From: Stegostoma tigrinum
Taxonomy: Eukaryota
Assembly (NCBI RefSeq): GCF_030684315.1
Contig: NC_081380.1
Coordinates: 29,943,951-30,007,950, forward strand
Length of the DNA: 64,000 nt
Reading direction: 5' to 3'
In this document: positions 1 to 14,561 of the stretch, piece by piece
Layout: each line of letters starts with the position of its first letter
Position numbering within the stretch: the first letter of the stretch is position 1
Translations under genes and position numbers: made by a program
Notes under the pieces: model-generated
What the model was told of the DNA's origin: nothing
The model's database searches: none
Seen by the model: the letters and a program-made list of their open reading frames with translations, nothing else

Positions 1-3000
1 AAGTTAAGAGGTGCAAAGTTGATTGAAAGTTTCATTGGTTGAACTTTCACTGCTGGTGTTTGACAATTTTATGGAAAGTTAAGTGGGGTCATGTTTCTGA
101 GAGGGAATGTTGAATGGCTTTTTCATGACCATTTTAAAATGTGTGGCTTTGTACCTAGTGCATACCAGGTGAGTAAGCATGGAGAGAGCATGATCGCATC
201 AAGGGAATGTGGGAGAAAGAAGAGGCACAGAGGAGATAAAAACTTACATAAGTGAGTGTATGGAGAGAGAACAGGAGATGGGGGAATGGTGCATGGGAGA
301 TATGAGAGGGATTTGAAAGCAGCATGGTGGTAAGTTAGGAGTGTAAGGGGAGGCCTGGAGGGCATGGCAAACATGAATGCATCTAGGCTGTTATTCCCAG
401 CAAAGAAACGCGGGATTTCTAACTAGCTTGTCTCACCATCTCCATGCCTTCATTGCCAGCTCAAACTTGTGTTTGGAGGTGGGAGTCTCATCTCCAGCCC
501 ATATCTAATTCCCCAACACAAAGTGAAGTGGGGGTGGGTGTTGGTGGGCAGACCTCTCCAAGATGAAGAAAATGTTATATGGTCAGGAAAATGTCTGCAT
601 TTCTGTTAAATATCTTGACATAATTCACCCAATAAGTGGGGTTCAAAATTATCCCCAAATAGTTTCATGACTGAGATGAGTCATACTGCCTTCCAACTTT
701 TCTGCTATAGTACTTCTGTTCCCTTCTCTAAAATTGTCAGACATAGCTTAATATTTTATCTTTAACCATCTCCAGCGTTTGTGATGCTGGAGAAAAGTGA
801 CAGTGTAATGGTGTGCCTAGATTTCCTCAATGTCAGCAGAAGTTGGCAATTTTGATAAAAGCGAAATATTCCAACTGCTGGAAATTTGAAATAAAAAACA
901 ATACATTGGAGAAACCAAGGATGTCCGGTAGCATCTCTGGAGAGAGAAGCAGAGTTAATGTTTCAAGTCCAAAGATTCTTTGGAACTGAAGACAGATACT
1001 TCAATGTTTAGATATTTAATACTTAGATATTTTGACCCTTCAAACATCAGTTTTCCTTATTTTGACTCTGTCCATTGTGAAGAAGTGAACAATAGCCATG
1101 TCAGTTTCTAAGTGCATTGAGATATTTCTTTTTGTAGACATTAACGGTCACATTTACCAACAATGTGTGTTTTCTCAGACTTACATTTAACTTCAAAGTT
1201 TATTTGCAAAATATTTCATTGACTCAGTGAGCTTAACCTTGCCTTGAATTTTTTTTAACTTGTGAAATGTGAGCTTTGTTGGAGAGACTGGCATTTATCT
1301 TCCTTTCCTAAATGGCATTCAGAAGGTGGTGATGAACTGTACACCCATAGTGCTAGCTGTTCAGGAGAGAGTTCCAGGAGTAATGGCAGCAGTAAAGTTG
1401 CAGCGATATAGGTCCAAGTCCAACTTCTGTGTCATTTTGAGGCAAACTTAGAGATAATGATACGCATCTGCTGCATCTATTTTTCTAAGTGATAGAGATT
1501 GCAGATAGATGATGCTGTCCAAAGAGGCTTGGAGAGTTGCTGTCATGCATTTTTTAGTTAGTGTACAACTACTGCCCTTGTGCAACATTGGTGGAGGGTC
1601 AAACTTAAACCTAGATCATAGAGATTCAATGAGCACAATCTTTTTTGGAAAGGTTAGGAGAAAGAATAAAAAAGTTTAGTTGGCAGGAATCAATAAAGAT
1701 TGCTCCCTCCTCAACCCCTAGCTTTTGATTTCAACTTCAAAGAACTATCAAAATTTGCTGATAGTACTAACTAAGGAATATGGCAACTGTGAGGAAGAGC
1801 ACAGTACACTGCAGGAGGACATGGATGAACTCAGTGAGTGGATAGAATTATACAATGGATAACTATGATATGATACATTTTACAAGAAGGGCAGAAATTT
1901 AACAAGATACGCGCAGTGATTAGAAACAGCTGGATCTTGTTGACTATAAAATCCTTGATTGGAGCTGTTTACCTGGGCCAATTAGGAAATACCTGGCTGA
2001 CCAATACAAACAGGTAAATAAAAGGTGATTTGGTAATGGGATACTAACCTCTGTGCAGTTATTTCAATATCAGAACAGCTTCTTTGTGTTGTCTTATATC
2101 TAATGCCTTTAATGAGCTTTCCCCATGGCGCCAATGCATTTATTCATAGACATTTACAGCAGAAAAAAGACTATTTGGCCCACTATGTTAGCACTGGTCA
2201 ACAGATCTGACTGCACTTAATCCCATTTTTCAACTCTTCAGCTCATAGCCTTGGAAGCTATGATGATGTGAGTGAATATCTAAATAATACTTAAATGTTA
2301 CACAAGTTTCTGATGCACCCTACCTTTTCAGCACTGAATTCCGGATTTCTAATGCCATGTGACATTTATTAGAGAGTCTATTATAAGAGTTTAGTTGGAA
2401 CTACTGTACCATAAAATGTGTACATTAAAATTGTACTGTTGTGTTTGATTTCATCTAGAATAGAACTGTCCGAGCCTTGATATTATTTGAAATAGAACAT
2501 AGAACAGTATAGCACAGTACAGGCCCTTTGGCCCACGATGTTGTGTCAACCTATTATCCTTCTCTAAGATCAAAACTAACGTGCATACCCTTCAGTTTAC
2601 TGTCAACCATGTGCCTATCCAAGAGTCACTTAAATATCCCTAAATGAATGGAAAAAGTATGGAGGCACGTTCTGTGAACCTGTTTGAAATCCCTGCCAGA
2701 TATTCCTTTATGCATTCCCCCCTAGGTGATGCTCAACATCCAGATTTTAAAGCCCAATTATTTCACCTATGTTGCTTCAAATTAATAGATATGGACAGTT
2801 GCCAGATTTATTAGCAAGAAAATTTTAATGCTTTGTTTTAAAGCAAGTAGGTTGTAATGAAAGTTCCTGTAAATAGACAACATACAGATAAATGATGTTA
2901 AATGATTTTTTCATCAAGATTTCAGAATGGCAGTACGTATGTAGTGTGACATGATTAACAAAATGGAGCCAGCTATTTGAAGTTACAATCTTATTATCTC

Positions 3001-3494
3001 TGTAAGACAGCAGAGATTACTTTTATTGGTAAAAGGAAATGACATGAGGTACAAATATTTGAAGTATCGGAAATGAAACAAAGATCAATAATGAATGTTG
3101 TGTTATGTACGTGAGGTTTGCTGAAGATGTCCACATCCCTGAGTAAGTCACAGCGGAGAGTCATCCACACTGTAGGAGGTCATCCCTTCCCCATTTTTCA
3201 AAAGTCATATTCAGGCCCACAAAGAACGGGATTCATAATGCGTTCTGAAAAGTTTGGGCTAAGAAACATAAGCTGGACTTAAACCAGCTATTATTTTTTG
3301 CGATAATTCTGAAATAATTGAGATTTGTTGCCAGCAAAATAAAATATTGCAGTGTCCACGAAAGTATCCACTATAATTTAAAAATGGGAAATTATATACA
3401 ACAATTGATACCAGATAAGTGATTATTAATTTCTGTGGTCCAGATATGAAAACAATAAAATTATTCCCATGGCTGTCTAAAAGCATGATTTGTT

Positions 3495-3663
3495 TTAGTT
3501 TATAAACTCAAAGCAACCTCTCTTGTACCATTGTTGGTCCTTCACACGGCGCATGGACTGAATCAAAGGTTGTTGAGCACCCCATTCATTCCAGTGTTTG
3601 TATGATCCACATTCTAGCACGTATTGATATCCCCTGTAGCCTGGATATTCATAGCCAACCCAT
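3495..3663 (-). CDS. crybb1l3: Beta-B1-like crystallin, last coding exon (Greek key motif 4 plus C-terminal arm)
   Basis: Acceptor tttgtag|A TGG; translates [55 protein letters not shown]; phase fits the preceding exon. Beta-B class is certain; the paralog name is a best match from memory. Confidence 0.93.
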
Positions 3664-3939
3664 CTACAAAATACAAAAAAAATCAGAGGGTAAATCTGCA
3701 ATTATATTCCCAAGTAATTACTCCAAAACCTTAATTTCTTGTATAGATTAGGTAATATAAAACCAATGGATCAATTGTACTCATATATGTGTATTTGGTG
3801 TTAACTGTGCTTAAGAGTTGATAAGAAACTCAAGAAAAGTCGATGGTGCAAAAGCCAGTATTGATGTGGCTAGCTTTCAAATTGGTGCAGCTAAATAAAT
3901 TGTATTTTTGTACCTTTACAATGTTGTGAATTGCATAAA

Positions 3940-5600
3940 CAAGGAACAAGAGTACGCTACTCTGTCCTTCAAGCCTGATGTACCATCAGATGATGATTGT
4001 TAATATGTATTAAACCTCAAAACTACATTCCTGCATACTTGCAGCCTGTTAGTAATCAAGAATCTATCCATCTCTACCTTATAAGTACTGAAATATTCTG
4101 CATTTACTGAGGGGAATTCCAAAGACTTATATCCCTCTGAGGGAAAAGGTATTTCCTCAACTCTTCATTAAATGAGTGACCTCTTATCTTTAAGATATGA
4201 TCCCTAGTTCTAGATTCTTCCACAAAAGGAAACATCCTTTTCACATCCACCCAGTCAAGTCCCCTCAGGATCTTATCTTTCAATTAACTCACCTCTGACT
4301 CTTCTAAACTCCAAAGGATACAGCTCTAGATTGTTGAGCCTTTCTTTATCAGGCAACCCGTCCATTTCAGCTATTAGTCTTAGTCTAGGAAACGTTCTCT
4401 GGACTCTTTTTTGAACACATTAATATCCTTTCCTAAGTATTGTACACAGTTGTCCAGTTACAGTCTCACTAATATCTTGTACATCAGAGGCAAAACCTCC
4501 CCACTCTTGCATTTTATTCACCTCAGAATAAAACATAACATTGTACTGGCTTTCCTGATAACTTCATGTATTTGCACAGTAAACTACTGCAATTCAAATG
4601 CTTGAACACCCAGAAATCTTTGCATCTCAGAGCTCTGCAAATGCTCAGAATTTAGATATTGTGCTTCCTTTTTATTTCTGTGCCAAAATGGACAACTTCC
4701 CACTCACCCACATTGTACTCCATTGTCCAAATTTTTGCCAACTCAATTAACCTATCATTATCCCTTTGTCCGCTCCTATTTTCGTAATAAAGAGTAAAGG
4801 GGTGGGTTAAGCCATTAGAAATGAGATGAGGAAGAATTTCTTCACTCTCAGATTTGTGAACCTGTGAAGTTCACTCCCACGGGGAGCTGTTGGGGACAGC
4901 TCATTAGACGTATTCAATAGAGGAGCTAGACATGGCCCTGGTGGCTAAAGGCATCAAGGGGTATGGTGAGAGGGCGGGAATGAAATACTGAGATTGCATG
5001 ATCAGCCATAATCGTATTGAATGGTGGTGCAGGCTCAAGAGGCTGAATGGCCTGCTCCTGAATTTATTTTCTATGTTTCTTCACAGCTTGTTTTCCTAAC
5101 CAACTTTGAGTCACCAGCAACTTTAGCTATCATACCTTCGATACCTTCATTCAAGTTGTTGATATAAATTATAAACAGCTGAGACCCCAGCGCCATCTCC
5201 TGTGGGAAATTATGCATGGAATCCTACCAGTCCAAAAAGGGTATACTTGATTTGACTCCCTGTTAGCCACCCAATATGCTATTCCTACACCATGAGCATT
5301 TAATTTCCACAAAAACCTTTGATATTTTACCTTATCAAATGCCTTCTGGAAATCTGGACAAAGCCTGACTACCTTGAATTTACCAAAGCAACTTGTTATA
5401 ATATCTTCAATTACAGTTTCTCACGTTTTTCCTATGATAGATGTAAGGCTAATAGGTTTGTAGTTTTGTGGTTTCTGCCTCTCTTTTGAATAAAAGGGTT
5501 AACGATTTCCAATCTAAAGGAACCTTCCCTGAATCTAATGGATTTCTGAAAAGTTAAAACTAATGCATCAATTGTCTCATTAGCCAACTTGTAAAGACTA
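3940..5600. mobile_element. Old CR1 fragments in beta-B intron (minus-strand remnant interrupted by a plus-strand 3' end at about 4790-5080)
   Basis: Typical CR1 3' sequences (gagatgaggaagaatttcttcactc; tgaatggcctgctcctg) and reverse-strand DFQKAFDKV remnant near 5330-5350. Confidence 0.6.
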
Positions 5601-6280
5601 TTCTGAGTATCTTTTTCCTGCTTAAATTAATATTTCATGAACTGTTTGAATGATCATCATCAAACAATAGTTCAATATACTCCCTTATAAAATATTGCCT
5701 TTTTAAAAATGTATATAGGAATGGAATATTTCACTATGTTAATATCCGCATTATTTCTCCATATTAATCATTCAACCCATCAGCTGTTACTGTCCCACGA
5801 GTTCTCTCTCAAACAAAATTTTTGTCGTTGACCTACTTTATGCTTAAAGGTTCTTGCATTCATTCTCAATCCCTCAAGATATTATTTCATCTTATTTCAT
5901 TGACCTTCACCAGTTATGTGTCCCAATCAATTTGTCCCTTCATTTAATCAAAAGCAGCAAATCTTTCAGTCGCTTTGAATGATTAATCTTTTGAAGTCAA
6001 TGCCAAAATCCACTTGGCTTACAATTTCCTCATCTGTCATGAACCACTTTGTACATGCTTTTGTTTCCTTCCCACATCCTTCATGTTTCCTGTTTTGAAA
6101 CTTCGTAGTTTTCTCTTGGGCAGTGATCTGAGCTATTATTCCATATGACATGTAAATACACGTTGTTCGATAAAACTGATACTGCGGTCTGATTTCTTTA
6201 CAATTCAAAGGTTATCTTTTTACAACTTTTCCAAATAGAAAATACAATTTCAAAAAAAAGAGGAAAGGAATGTTACTCAC

Positions 6281-6423
6281 GTTCCACCAATTACTTTAAT
6301 ACTGGCAACTCTGTCCTGGAAACCATAAGCCCATAGACTGGGAATGTCCTCATCGCAGATCTCCATTTTTCTTCCATCAAAGTTAGCACATTCATGAAGG
6401 CAAATTTTATGGTCCTGCCCATC
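6281..6423 (-). CDS. crybb1l3: Beta-B1-like crystallin, motif 3 exon
   Basis: atag|GAT...GGA AC|gtgagt; 143 bp; [48 protein letters not shown]. Confidence 0.93.
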
Positions 6424-8632
6424 CTATAATGATTTGGCAGTTTTAGGAATTGTATGTAATGATTCCACTGCACTATTTACCAAAATGAAACCTTCTTTTT
6501 CCTGGCTTTATTTGAACTAAATCTTAAACATTACAGGCAAAGAATCTCAAGGTGATCTCTCATGCTTATGCCATATTATACATTAGTAGCAGTGATTCCT
6601 CCCTGGCTGGGTTTTTAACATACTGACAGAAATAAATCTTGTACACACAGTACTTGCAGTATATAGAGTATGTATACAGTATAGTAAAAGCTCCATCCCT
6701 TCCGCATTTTCAGTCCTCACCAGCACTTTCTCAAGAGCAACTGGGATGAGCACTAAATGTGGGCCCAGCCAGCAATGCTCAATTCCTATAAATGAATAAG
6801 AAAGGTTAAATCCTCCATAATTATGATTCTATGTTTTTCACGCATTTCATATATTTTTCTATGTATTTTTCCCTTAGCATACATTCTCTAACTTAGTGGT
6901 CTGAAGTATATTAATAATTAATCTAATTCCCACCTCACCTGAGGTGTGGTCACCCTGAGGTTAAACCACCACCATCCAAATCCATTTGGATTTTCTTTCC
7001 ATCTCTTTGCTGGTTAGGACCTTTCTTGTTACCTTCATACCGAGCTGGATTTTTCCACTAAGTGCCAGAAACCCAAAATTGTAATCACTGCACCCCAGAT
7101 CCCAAGCCATCGCGTTTGCTGGCTTAACTTCACAGGAAGTGGCTAACTGATTAGCTGCCACTGCATTTGCCATCCAATTAGTGGCAGTAGACAGGACATG
7201 GATGCAGATGGGCCACTTGAAGAATCAGCTAGCAGCCCCATTAGGAAAGGTAAGGGCTACTCAGTCAGTCAGAGAGGAAGCGGGCAACACATGGTAAAGG
7301 TGCTAACCCAATTGCCTCAACAGTATGTAAAAACTAAGAGCTGGACTATCAGAAACTATCAGTTTCCAGAGAAAAGAATATTTAATGAATGCATTTGGCT
7401 GTAAATGCACTGGATACAATCTTTCCATTCCTTCATTTTAGGACTGCTCCATTCCTTTATACAGAAATGTGCAACATCAATTGATGGAGCTCAATCCTCT
7501 AAGTTTGAAGATGTTCCAGTATGTTGCCAGGCTCATGTTTGTAAAATTTAATTGAAGCATAAAATTAGGGATGATTTACCCTTTAAATACTTTCATTAGT
7601 TACTGTATCCATTCAATGCATTCACCTGCCATGCACTAAAGAATTTGGTTGCAGCTGCAAAAGGGATCACTACTAGTGTTATTTAAAGGTCCAGATATCC
7701 AACTTGCAGGAAAAAAACATTCACGCAACTTCTGGCATTACAAAACAGTTGGAATTATTGTAGTAAAAACAAAGAACTATGAATGCTGGAAATCAGAAAC
7801 AAAAACAGAAAACACTATTCTAGGGACCCTTCGTCAGAATGTTTCTGACTGGGAAGGCAGTTCAGTGATCCCTGTCCACCTGGTTTGCTCATCAGAAAGT
7901 TGTTTCTCCACCTTCCCTCTCGAGATATTTTCATTGATTTGTTGAAGCCACAGGGTGACTGGTTCATGCTTATAAAGATTTCTGACTTATTAATTAAATG
8001 CCACAGCTTACACAGCTTACACAACTGATGAGGAGAAATAACTGGCTGTCATTAGGTTTGAGATGCTTTTTAATGTGGAGCAACAACAGCTCTTTCCCTT
8101 CCAGGAATGTGATGAGCTCTGACCCAAATATTCCCAAACCCCAGCTGTTCAGCCACCTAGGGATCAATCACAGTTGTTGCAAGGCAGGTGGCTTTTATTA
8201 TCAACTGGTCACCATTTCACAGACACATCAGCTACTCACTGTTAACCAAATCTCCATTTGTACATGGCTCCAGCTTTTATATAACAGGGTTTTCCCCACT
8301 GTTTGAACCAACAACTGTGTAAACAACACTTACAATGAGGGGCAGATAACTTGCTTTGAAAAACAGTTGTAATCTTTCAGAAATCCTAGGCTTTTGAATC
8401 AGACCTTTTCGGATTTCAGCCAACAATCAAGAATATAGAAAAATGAAGAGAAGAAATTATCTTTACAGTGAGGAGGCACCACTAAGTTTGTGTGCTGCCC
8501 TCAATTCAGTGGGCATGGACAGATTAGAAGCTACTAACCCCATGCCCAAAAAGAAGCCATATGCAATTGTTATCCACCATTTTATGAAATTCTTTATAGA
8601 TGCGTAATACAAAGTCTTGCAATAAATCTTAC

Positions 8633-8765
8633 CATTCTCACAGGTCTGAAAGACATCATACAGTCAGTGCGATAGCTATTGGACCAGGAATCCCAACGAG
8701 GATATTCTCCTTTCTCCAGCATGAACATCTCACCACAGAAGTTCTGCTGTTCAAAACCCACCCAC
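8633..8765 (-). CDS. crybb1l3: Beta-B1-like crystallin, motif 2 exon
   Basis: atcag|G TGG...ATG|gtaag; 133 bp; [44 protein letters not shown]. Confidence 0.93.
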
Positions 8766-9558
8766 CTGATAAATAAATGATTGCAACAAAATCAAGTTTG
8801 TCTTTGCATGTTACACAATTAAACTAATTTAATATCAAGGACAATTCTTTGTAAAACAATATGTTGAAAGTTTCAAGTGGGAAAAAAATTAGAAATATAT
8901 AATTTGTCATTAGTCACTGAATTTTGAATATATTTACTGACTAATCGTCACCATTGCAGAATTACAATGAGTCATCAAGTTCTGTGTTTCATAACGTAGT
9001 TAATATGTGTCCCACAACTTGGAAGCTAAGGTATATAAAGTACTACTGCACAAATATCCTTCTGATGCTCAATGTGGTAAAGCAGAAACAACGTTGACCA
9101 GCTGCCAGAGGGTTGCTGCTCCCTGGGCAACCGTACTGTAGTATAAGTTAATAACAATTGTAGAAAGTAATGTTACTTATTTATGCATATGCAAATCAAA
9201 ATACAAATGTCTCATCTCCAAATTTGTAGTTTGATAATAGTTCAGTGTAAGGGTGTATTGGGCACTACTTATTTGAAGATCACCATTCTGAGACGTATGT
9301 TACACCCTCAAAATGTGAGATAGAGCTTCAGAAGATAAGTGTGTCAGCATAAATTCATTGTAAAGGAAAGATGTCTCATCCTGACTTACTATTGACTCAT
9401 TACCAATGAGTTGAAACATAAATATTCAGAGCCCTGATATTTAAACAATAGGAACTGCGTCCACCTGCAAAAGCTGGGAGAAACACTAATGCATCAGATA
9501 GGTTAACATATAGCTGCACGACAGAACACACGATTCGATTCTGAAAGGAAGCACTTAC

Positions 9559-9677
9559 GGTCCACATTCAACACGGATCGACCCCACTTTATCGAAGCCC
9601 TGATCGCAGATGTTTCTGCACTCTGTATTGATATCCATTCTGCGACCTTGGAAGTTTTCATACTCATAAATGATCAT
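9559..9677 (-). CDS. crybb1l3: Beta-B1-like crystallin, motif 1 exon
   Basis: cttag|ATG...GGA CC|gtaagt; 119 bp; MIIYEYENFQGRRMDINTECRNICDQGFDKVGSIRVECGP. Confidence 0.93.
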
Positions 9678-10125
9678 CTAAGAACAAAAAATGGCATAAA
9701 AGAATCTCAATTGCTATTTTATAATTGAACTGTTAAAAATGAAGCATAAATCATGCACTTAAAACCTTAATTTGTATTATTAATTTCAAAAATGTATTCC
9801 ATGAACAGCAAAGATAATGGTTCACTGGGTACATGAATGCTTTGTGTGCCACTGAGATGTGGAGTAGCAAGGTCATACATTCAACATCCAGTATGTGCCA
9901 CGTTAGTTTAGATATCAATACTTGGGTAAATGTGTAGCAATGAAGTAGACAGAATTTCCACTCCATCTTATTGTCAGATGACTGCTGCTCACAGGTAGAC
10001 ACCATTAAGGTCAGGGTTGGCTTTGACTGCGATTTATGTTTAAATTCTAATCCATACTGTCTCAGAACACCAATACTGGATAGTCACATGTGATCACTTG
10101 AGCAATAAAGAATGGGCTTGCTCAT

Positions 10126-10242
10126 AGGGCTAGTTTAGTATAGTGGTAGTGCCCCTGCCTCTGAGCCAGGAGGCCTAAGTTAAAGTCCCAGCTGCTCCAG
10201 GGGTGTATAATAGCATCTCTAAACAGGTTGATTAGAATATAC
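10126..10242 (+). mobile_element. Short tRNA-like SINE (related copy at about 15508-15623)
   Basis: Both copies share agtgg.agtg.cc.t.cctctg.g.cag...gtgt..aata.catctct.aaca.gttgatt. Confidence 0.55.
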
Positions 10243-10689
10243 CTTCGCTGCTCCTCTCCAAACATTTATAATTCAAAAAGAGGGGAGTTAAAACTAAGAT
10301 ATTTTACTCTATGCCTATTTCAAACTGTAACAATTTACAGGAAGTTAAAGTCTGGCAAAATTATTTAAAGGCAAATGAATATTTCACTTTTTCCTAAATA
10401 GGATGGTATAGTAATTGCAAAGTAAAATACTTCAAAATAATAATGCTTATTGATTGTTAAGACCTCATTGTGTGTACTATGGAATCTCAGTCCACAAGTA
10501 GACTGACCCTGGATCACACCTATAGAAAACTTTCGAATGATAAGCCACAAGTAAGCTCACATTAAGATACTTCTATAAGCAGGAATTGTTACTTAATGAT
10601 AAATCCTCATTTGCACTAAACTGGACCTACTCTAATATTATTAATAGATCATTTACAACATTGAAATTAAAACCCACCAATACACCTAC

Positions 10690-10755
10690 CCTGTTAGTGC
10701 GAAGACTTGAAGCAGAATGGCTTCCAATGCTACCCTGCATTCCAGTGTGAGACAT
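10690..10755 (-). CDS. crybb1l3: Beta-B1-like crystallin, first coding exon (N-terminal arm)
   Basis: acaATG start; MSHTGMQGSIGSHSASSLRTNR|gtaggt; upstream acceptor ttttag/cag. The five exons sum to 630 nt = 209 aa plus stop. Confidence 0.88.
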
Positions 10756-10925
10756 TGTGACAGCTGCTAAAACAATAATCGAGATAGAACAAATTTATTT
10801 TGCCCTAGTTGCTAAATAGTTTTATACATTTTTGATTAACTTTATACTTTCTAAACTTTCATAATTTATGAAGTTTTCACAACAGTTCACAAGTTTAAAT
10901 TTTTGAAAGTACTGCAATGGCTCAC

Positions 10926-11160
10926 CCAGAAACAGTTCAATCTTTTGCCAGACAAGAGAGAATATGTAAAGTGATGCTTAAACCTCAGTTCATCCTATTT
11001 ATATATCCAGTGGATTTGCTTGTTGCATTTTTTTCTTTTCAAGCAGGTTAAATCATAAAGGGATAAACAAAACAAAATGTCATTATATTGAAGCAGCAGA
11101 AGCTGATTCCAGCTCTTTGCTTTGTTTCATTGGCAACACCATACAAATCAGCAAAAACTA
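10926..11160 (-). promoter_or_regulatory. Beta-B crystallin promoter and non-coding exon 1
   Basis: On the minus strand: TATATAAA at 11005-10998; donor ctgg|gtgag after 10926; MARE-like palindrome AGCTGATTCCAGCT (11101-11114); AT-flanked Maf half site TTTTTGCTGA (11157-11148). Confidence 0.6.
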
Positions 11161-14100
11161 CAGTCTACAGTAGACACAAGTGCAGCCGAGAACAAAGAGT
11201 TGACCCGTAGACAGCTTTGTACAGCTTTTGTTAAATTTACGCTGCAAGAACATAAGCAGATACTGTGGAGAATATGTATTGTTCTAACTAACACATTTCA
11301 TCTTACAAATTGCAGTGCCTTCATTATTCAAGATCTGTAACCAGAATTGTAAATGTGGGAGTAGGATGATGTTAAGCCTGTGTCCTCTGGTCAAAGATGC
11401 ACTATGCATTGCTGGGGTCTGTATCCAAAAACAATCAGGGCCTCTTTCACATATTTGCAATCCATTAAAACACAACTATGAATTGTAACAGCGAGTATTT
11501 GTCTTTATTTTCTAATCAGAGAATTCAACTCTGAAACCACGTTAGTCACATGTCTGACTGCATTGTTAAATGCTCAAATGGTTGTATGCAGTTTTTCTGT
11601 GTTAACTGTGAGTTATTTGGAAGTTCTTAGCATGCTGGGGCCACTCTGGGCATGAACTTTTTTGGCAAATAGAGGGTAAGCATTTAGAAGATGGAAAGTG
11701 CAGCTGAATGTAACACGAAATTTTCTTTTGACCCACCAGATTCCTGAATGATTCTTTGCTTGTGTGCAATTTACAGTTCTATAAATATCAGTCCTCCCCT
11801 GGCATATTGCTTCCCATTTATATACAGTAGTCTTATCACCAAATCATGTATTAGTCTCCCCCAGAACCCCCACCCGCGACTCTGCTGGTATATTCTCCCC
11901 ATCTCCATCTAGTTCAAGACACCAGCCTCTCTTTATCTTAACTGTTTACCCAGTCCAACTCCTGGTTTCCTCTATACTAAATAACTCTTCATTCTTGCTT
12001 CTTTCAATATCATCTGAACTTGCTTGCTCTCTCACTGACCTCTAAATGCTCTTTCTGTATAATTCTACCTTTATTCATCACCACCCTTTCAAACTTGTTA
12101 TAAGACATAGCTTCTCTAGTTCTGTCATCACAGTAATAACCAAACTTCCCTGACTCCTTCATCAGGCACACAGATCCATTTTCCACCTTGTGACCTCTTT
12201 CTTTCTGTATCTGCACTGGGGAAAAAAAAATGTTCAGCTGCACTTTCAAATTTCCAAATGCTTACTCTCTATTTGCCAAAATGGCTCAATATAATTTGTT
12301 TCTTTCAAGGAGCCTGTCAGTATTTTTTTCAAAGATACTTTTTGATTTTCAGGGGTTGCTTTTTAGTTTTCAAGGACTCCTGTTTTGATTCTCAGTAACT
12401 GTTTCATTTGGTGACAAATTCACAGTCATATTATTTTCCCTAGTTGTGTTTAATTTTTTGGAGCTTCCTTCCTTAAACAGAAAAGCTAGCTCAAAATTCA
12501 AAGACTGTATATTTGTATGTATTTTAAGAGTGTATATTATTACATATTTTGTTTGTTACGCAGTTGGATCTAGATTTAATGGGAACAGATACAGCAGTGA
12601 AGTTTACGAGGCATTTAGACAGACGCATGAACAGGCAGAGAATAGAGAGATATGGACCATGTGCAGGCAGATGGGATTAGTTTAGACTAGTATCCTTGGT
12701 TGGCACAGACATGGTGTTCCCGTGCTGTGGTGTGCAATGTTCTGTTCTACGTTCTATGCGCCTTCAAAAGGATATGGGATAAATATTTTAAGGGAAAATT
12801 TTTTGTGCAATTATGGAAAAGAGCAGGAGACTAGAACCACTTGGAAACTCTTATATATCATTGCCACGATGAGCCAGGTATTCTCCTTCTGTGCTGTAGA
12901 ATTATATGAAGTAGTTACATCTGGTCTAATTTAAAATGTTACTTTTAAAAATGTCCATGACATACAAAATGTAATCAGTTTGGCTGACTTTCCCAGCAAC
13001 ACAGCAACACCATATAACTTTTATCTTGGGCTTTGTCAGTGAGATTCAGACATGATGTGGAGAGACTCACTTTTATAGATTATTTGTAGTGACAGGACAT
13101 CTGGCTTTAAAAGTAACTTTCCATGCAATAGTTTTGGTCATAAATGATGACTCATACTAGGTTCTGAAAAACCATGTGTGTGGCTGAAAGGCCAGATTAT
13201 TGATTGTTCATTTTACTTGTAATTGTAGCCTCCACAGAGAAACAGGGTCAAAGACCTAAGCATCCAGATATTGTCTCAATGCTTAAAGACACAACCTGCT
13301 CCTTCCAACATTCCTAGGAATCCTTTATCATTGAAGATGTGATAGAGGCTTCTGAGGATTACAGAAGCCTCACAGAGATCATGGCCATCATTGTCAATTC
13401 TCTAGGATTGGTCTGGAATCTCCAGGGATTTGAAAATCAATATCCAGACCACTGCATGTGTTCAACATGGAACAATATCATTGGGGCATTGAACTTTTTT
13501 TGTGATTTTCTTTGGCTATACTCTTTACCAATTACAAAAATATCAACAGTGGGAAAGTGTGACTGACAGTTAAGCATTGTTCAACTGGGTCATGAAAGAT
13601 TGTGCTTTTCAATTACTGATAAAGGCGATGATAAAGGTGTGTGTCTTGAAAACTACTAACTGGAACATGAGTCAAGTCATGTGATTAAATTTCCAGCAAT
13701 ACACTTAATCACAGTTGGCAACCCTATTGTCAATCGACAGGCCAGAGACATACTATAGCCTACCAGTTCAATCTTTATGAGGTCAGCATATTCAATTTAG
13801 ATAACTTGCATTGTTCCAACAGGAATCACTTTTCACATTTTACCCATATGTTGCCATCAATACAGGATCTCTTCCAACTTGTGGTTTTCAATTTTTGCTC
13901 ACTTAAATCCAAGAGGCTAAGACTTTAGTATATTCATACACAACTAGTTTAACGACACATTGTAAGATTTAAATGGATCATGTCAGCATTACAAGCCCTA
14001 CTCTCCCTGCCTAATGATTTATTACTTAAGATTCATTCTGACCAACAAAGATGACCTTCACTCTCTTCTCTGCCACTCCTCACGTACCTCCAGTAACAGA

Positions 14101-14438
14101 GTTTTGGACTTTTCTATCACTACAATTTAAGTCATCCAAGCAAGTTCTTCTTCCATATCATCTTACAACACCCAACCCCTCCATCAACTTCACCGTCAAA
14201 TAAATTACTGCCTTGTCTCAACCTTCTTGCTGACGGCCTTAAACATGTTATATCTCCTGAACTCAAGCACCACCTCTCCAATCAAATTTTTATCCATATT
14301 ACTGCCCTGAAACTGTCCCAAATTACAGATGATGTCTTCTGCAATTAGGGAGCACAATCTCACCTCATCCTTTTCAGTTTCTCTCCAACCACTGATAATG
14401 TCGACTGCCGCATCATTCAGCTAAATGGAATCATGTTA

Positions 14439-14561
14439 GTGATAATGGGAACTGCAGATGCTGGAGAATCCAAGATAATAAAGTGTGAAGCTGGATGAAC
14501 AAAGCAGGCCAAGCAGCATCTCAGGAGCACAAAAGCTGACGTTTCGGGCCTAGACCCCAGA
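14439..14561 (-). mobile_element. Solo Penelope pLTR fragment
   Basis: TSD gaatcatgtta (14428-14438 / 14562-14572). Confidence 0.85.
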
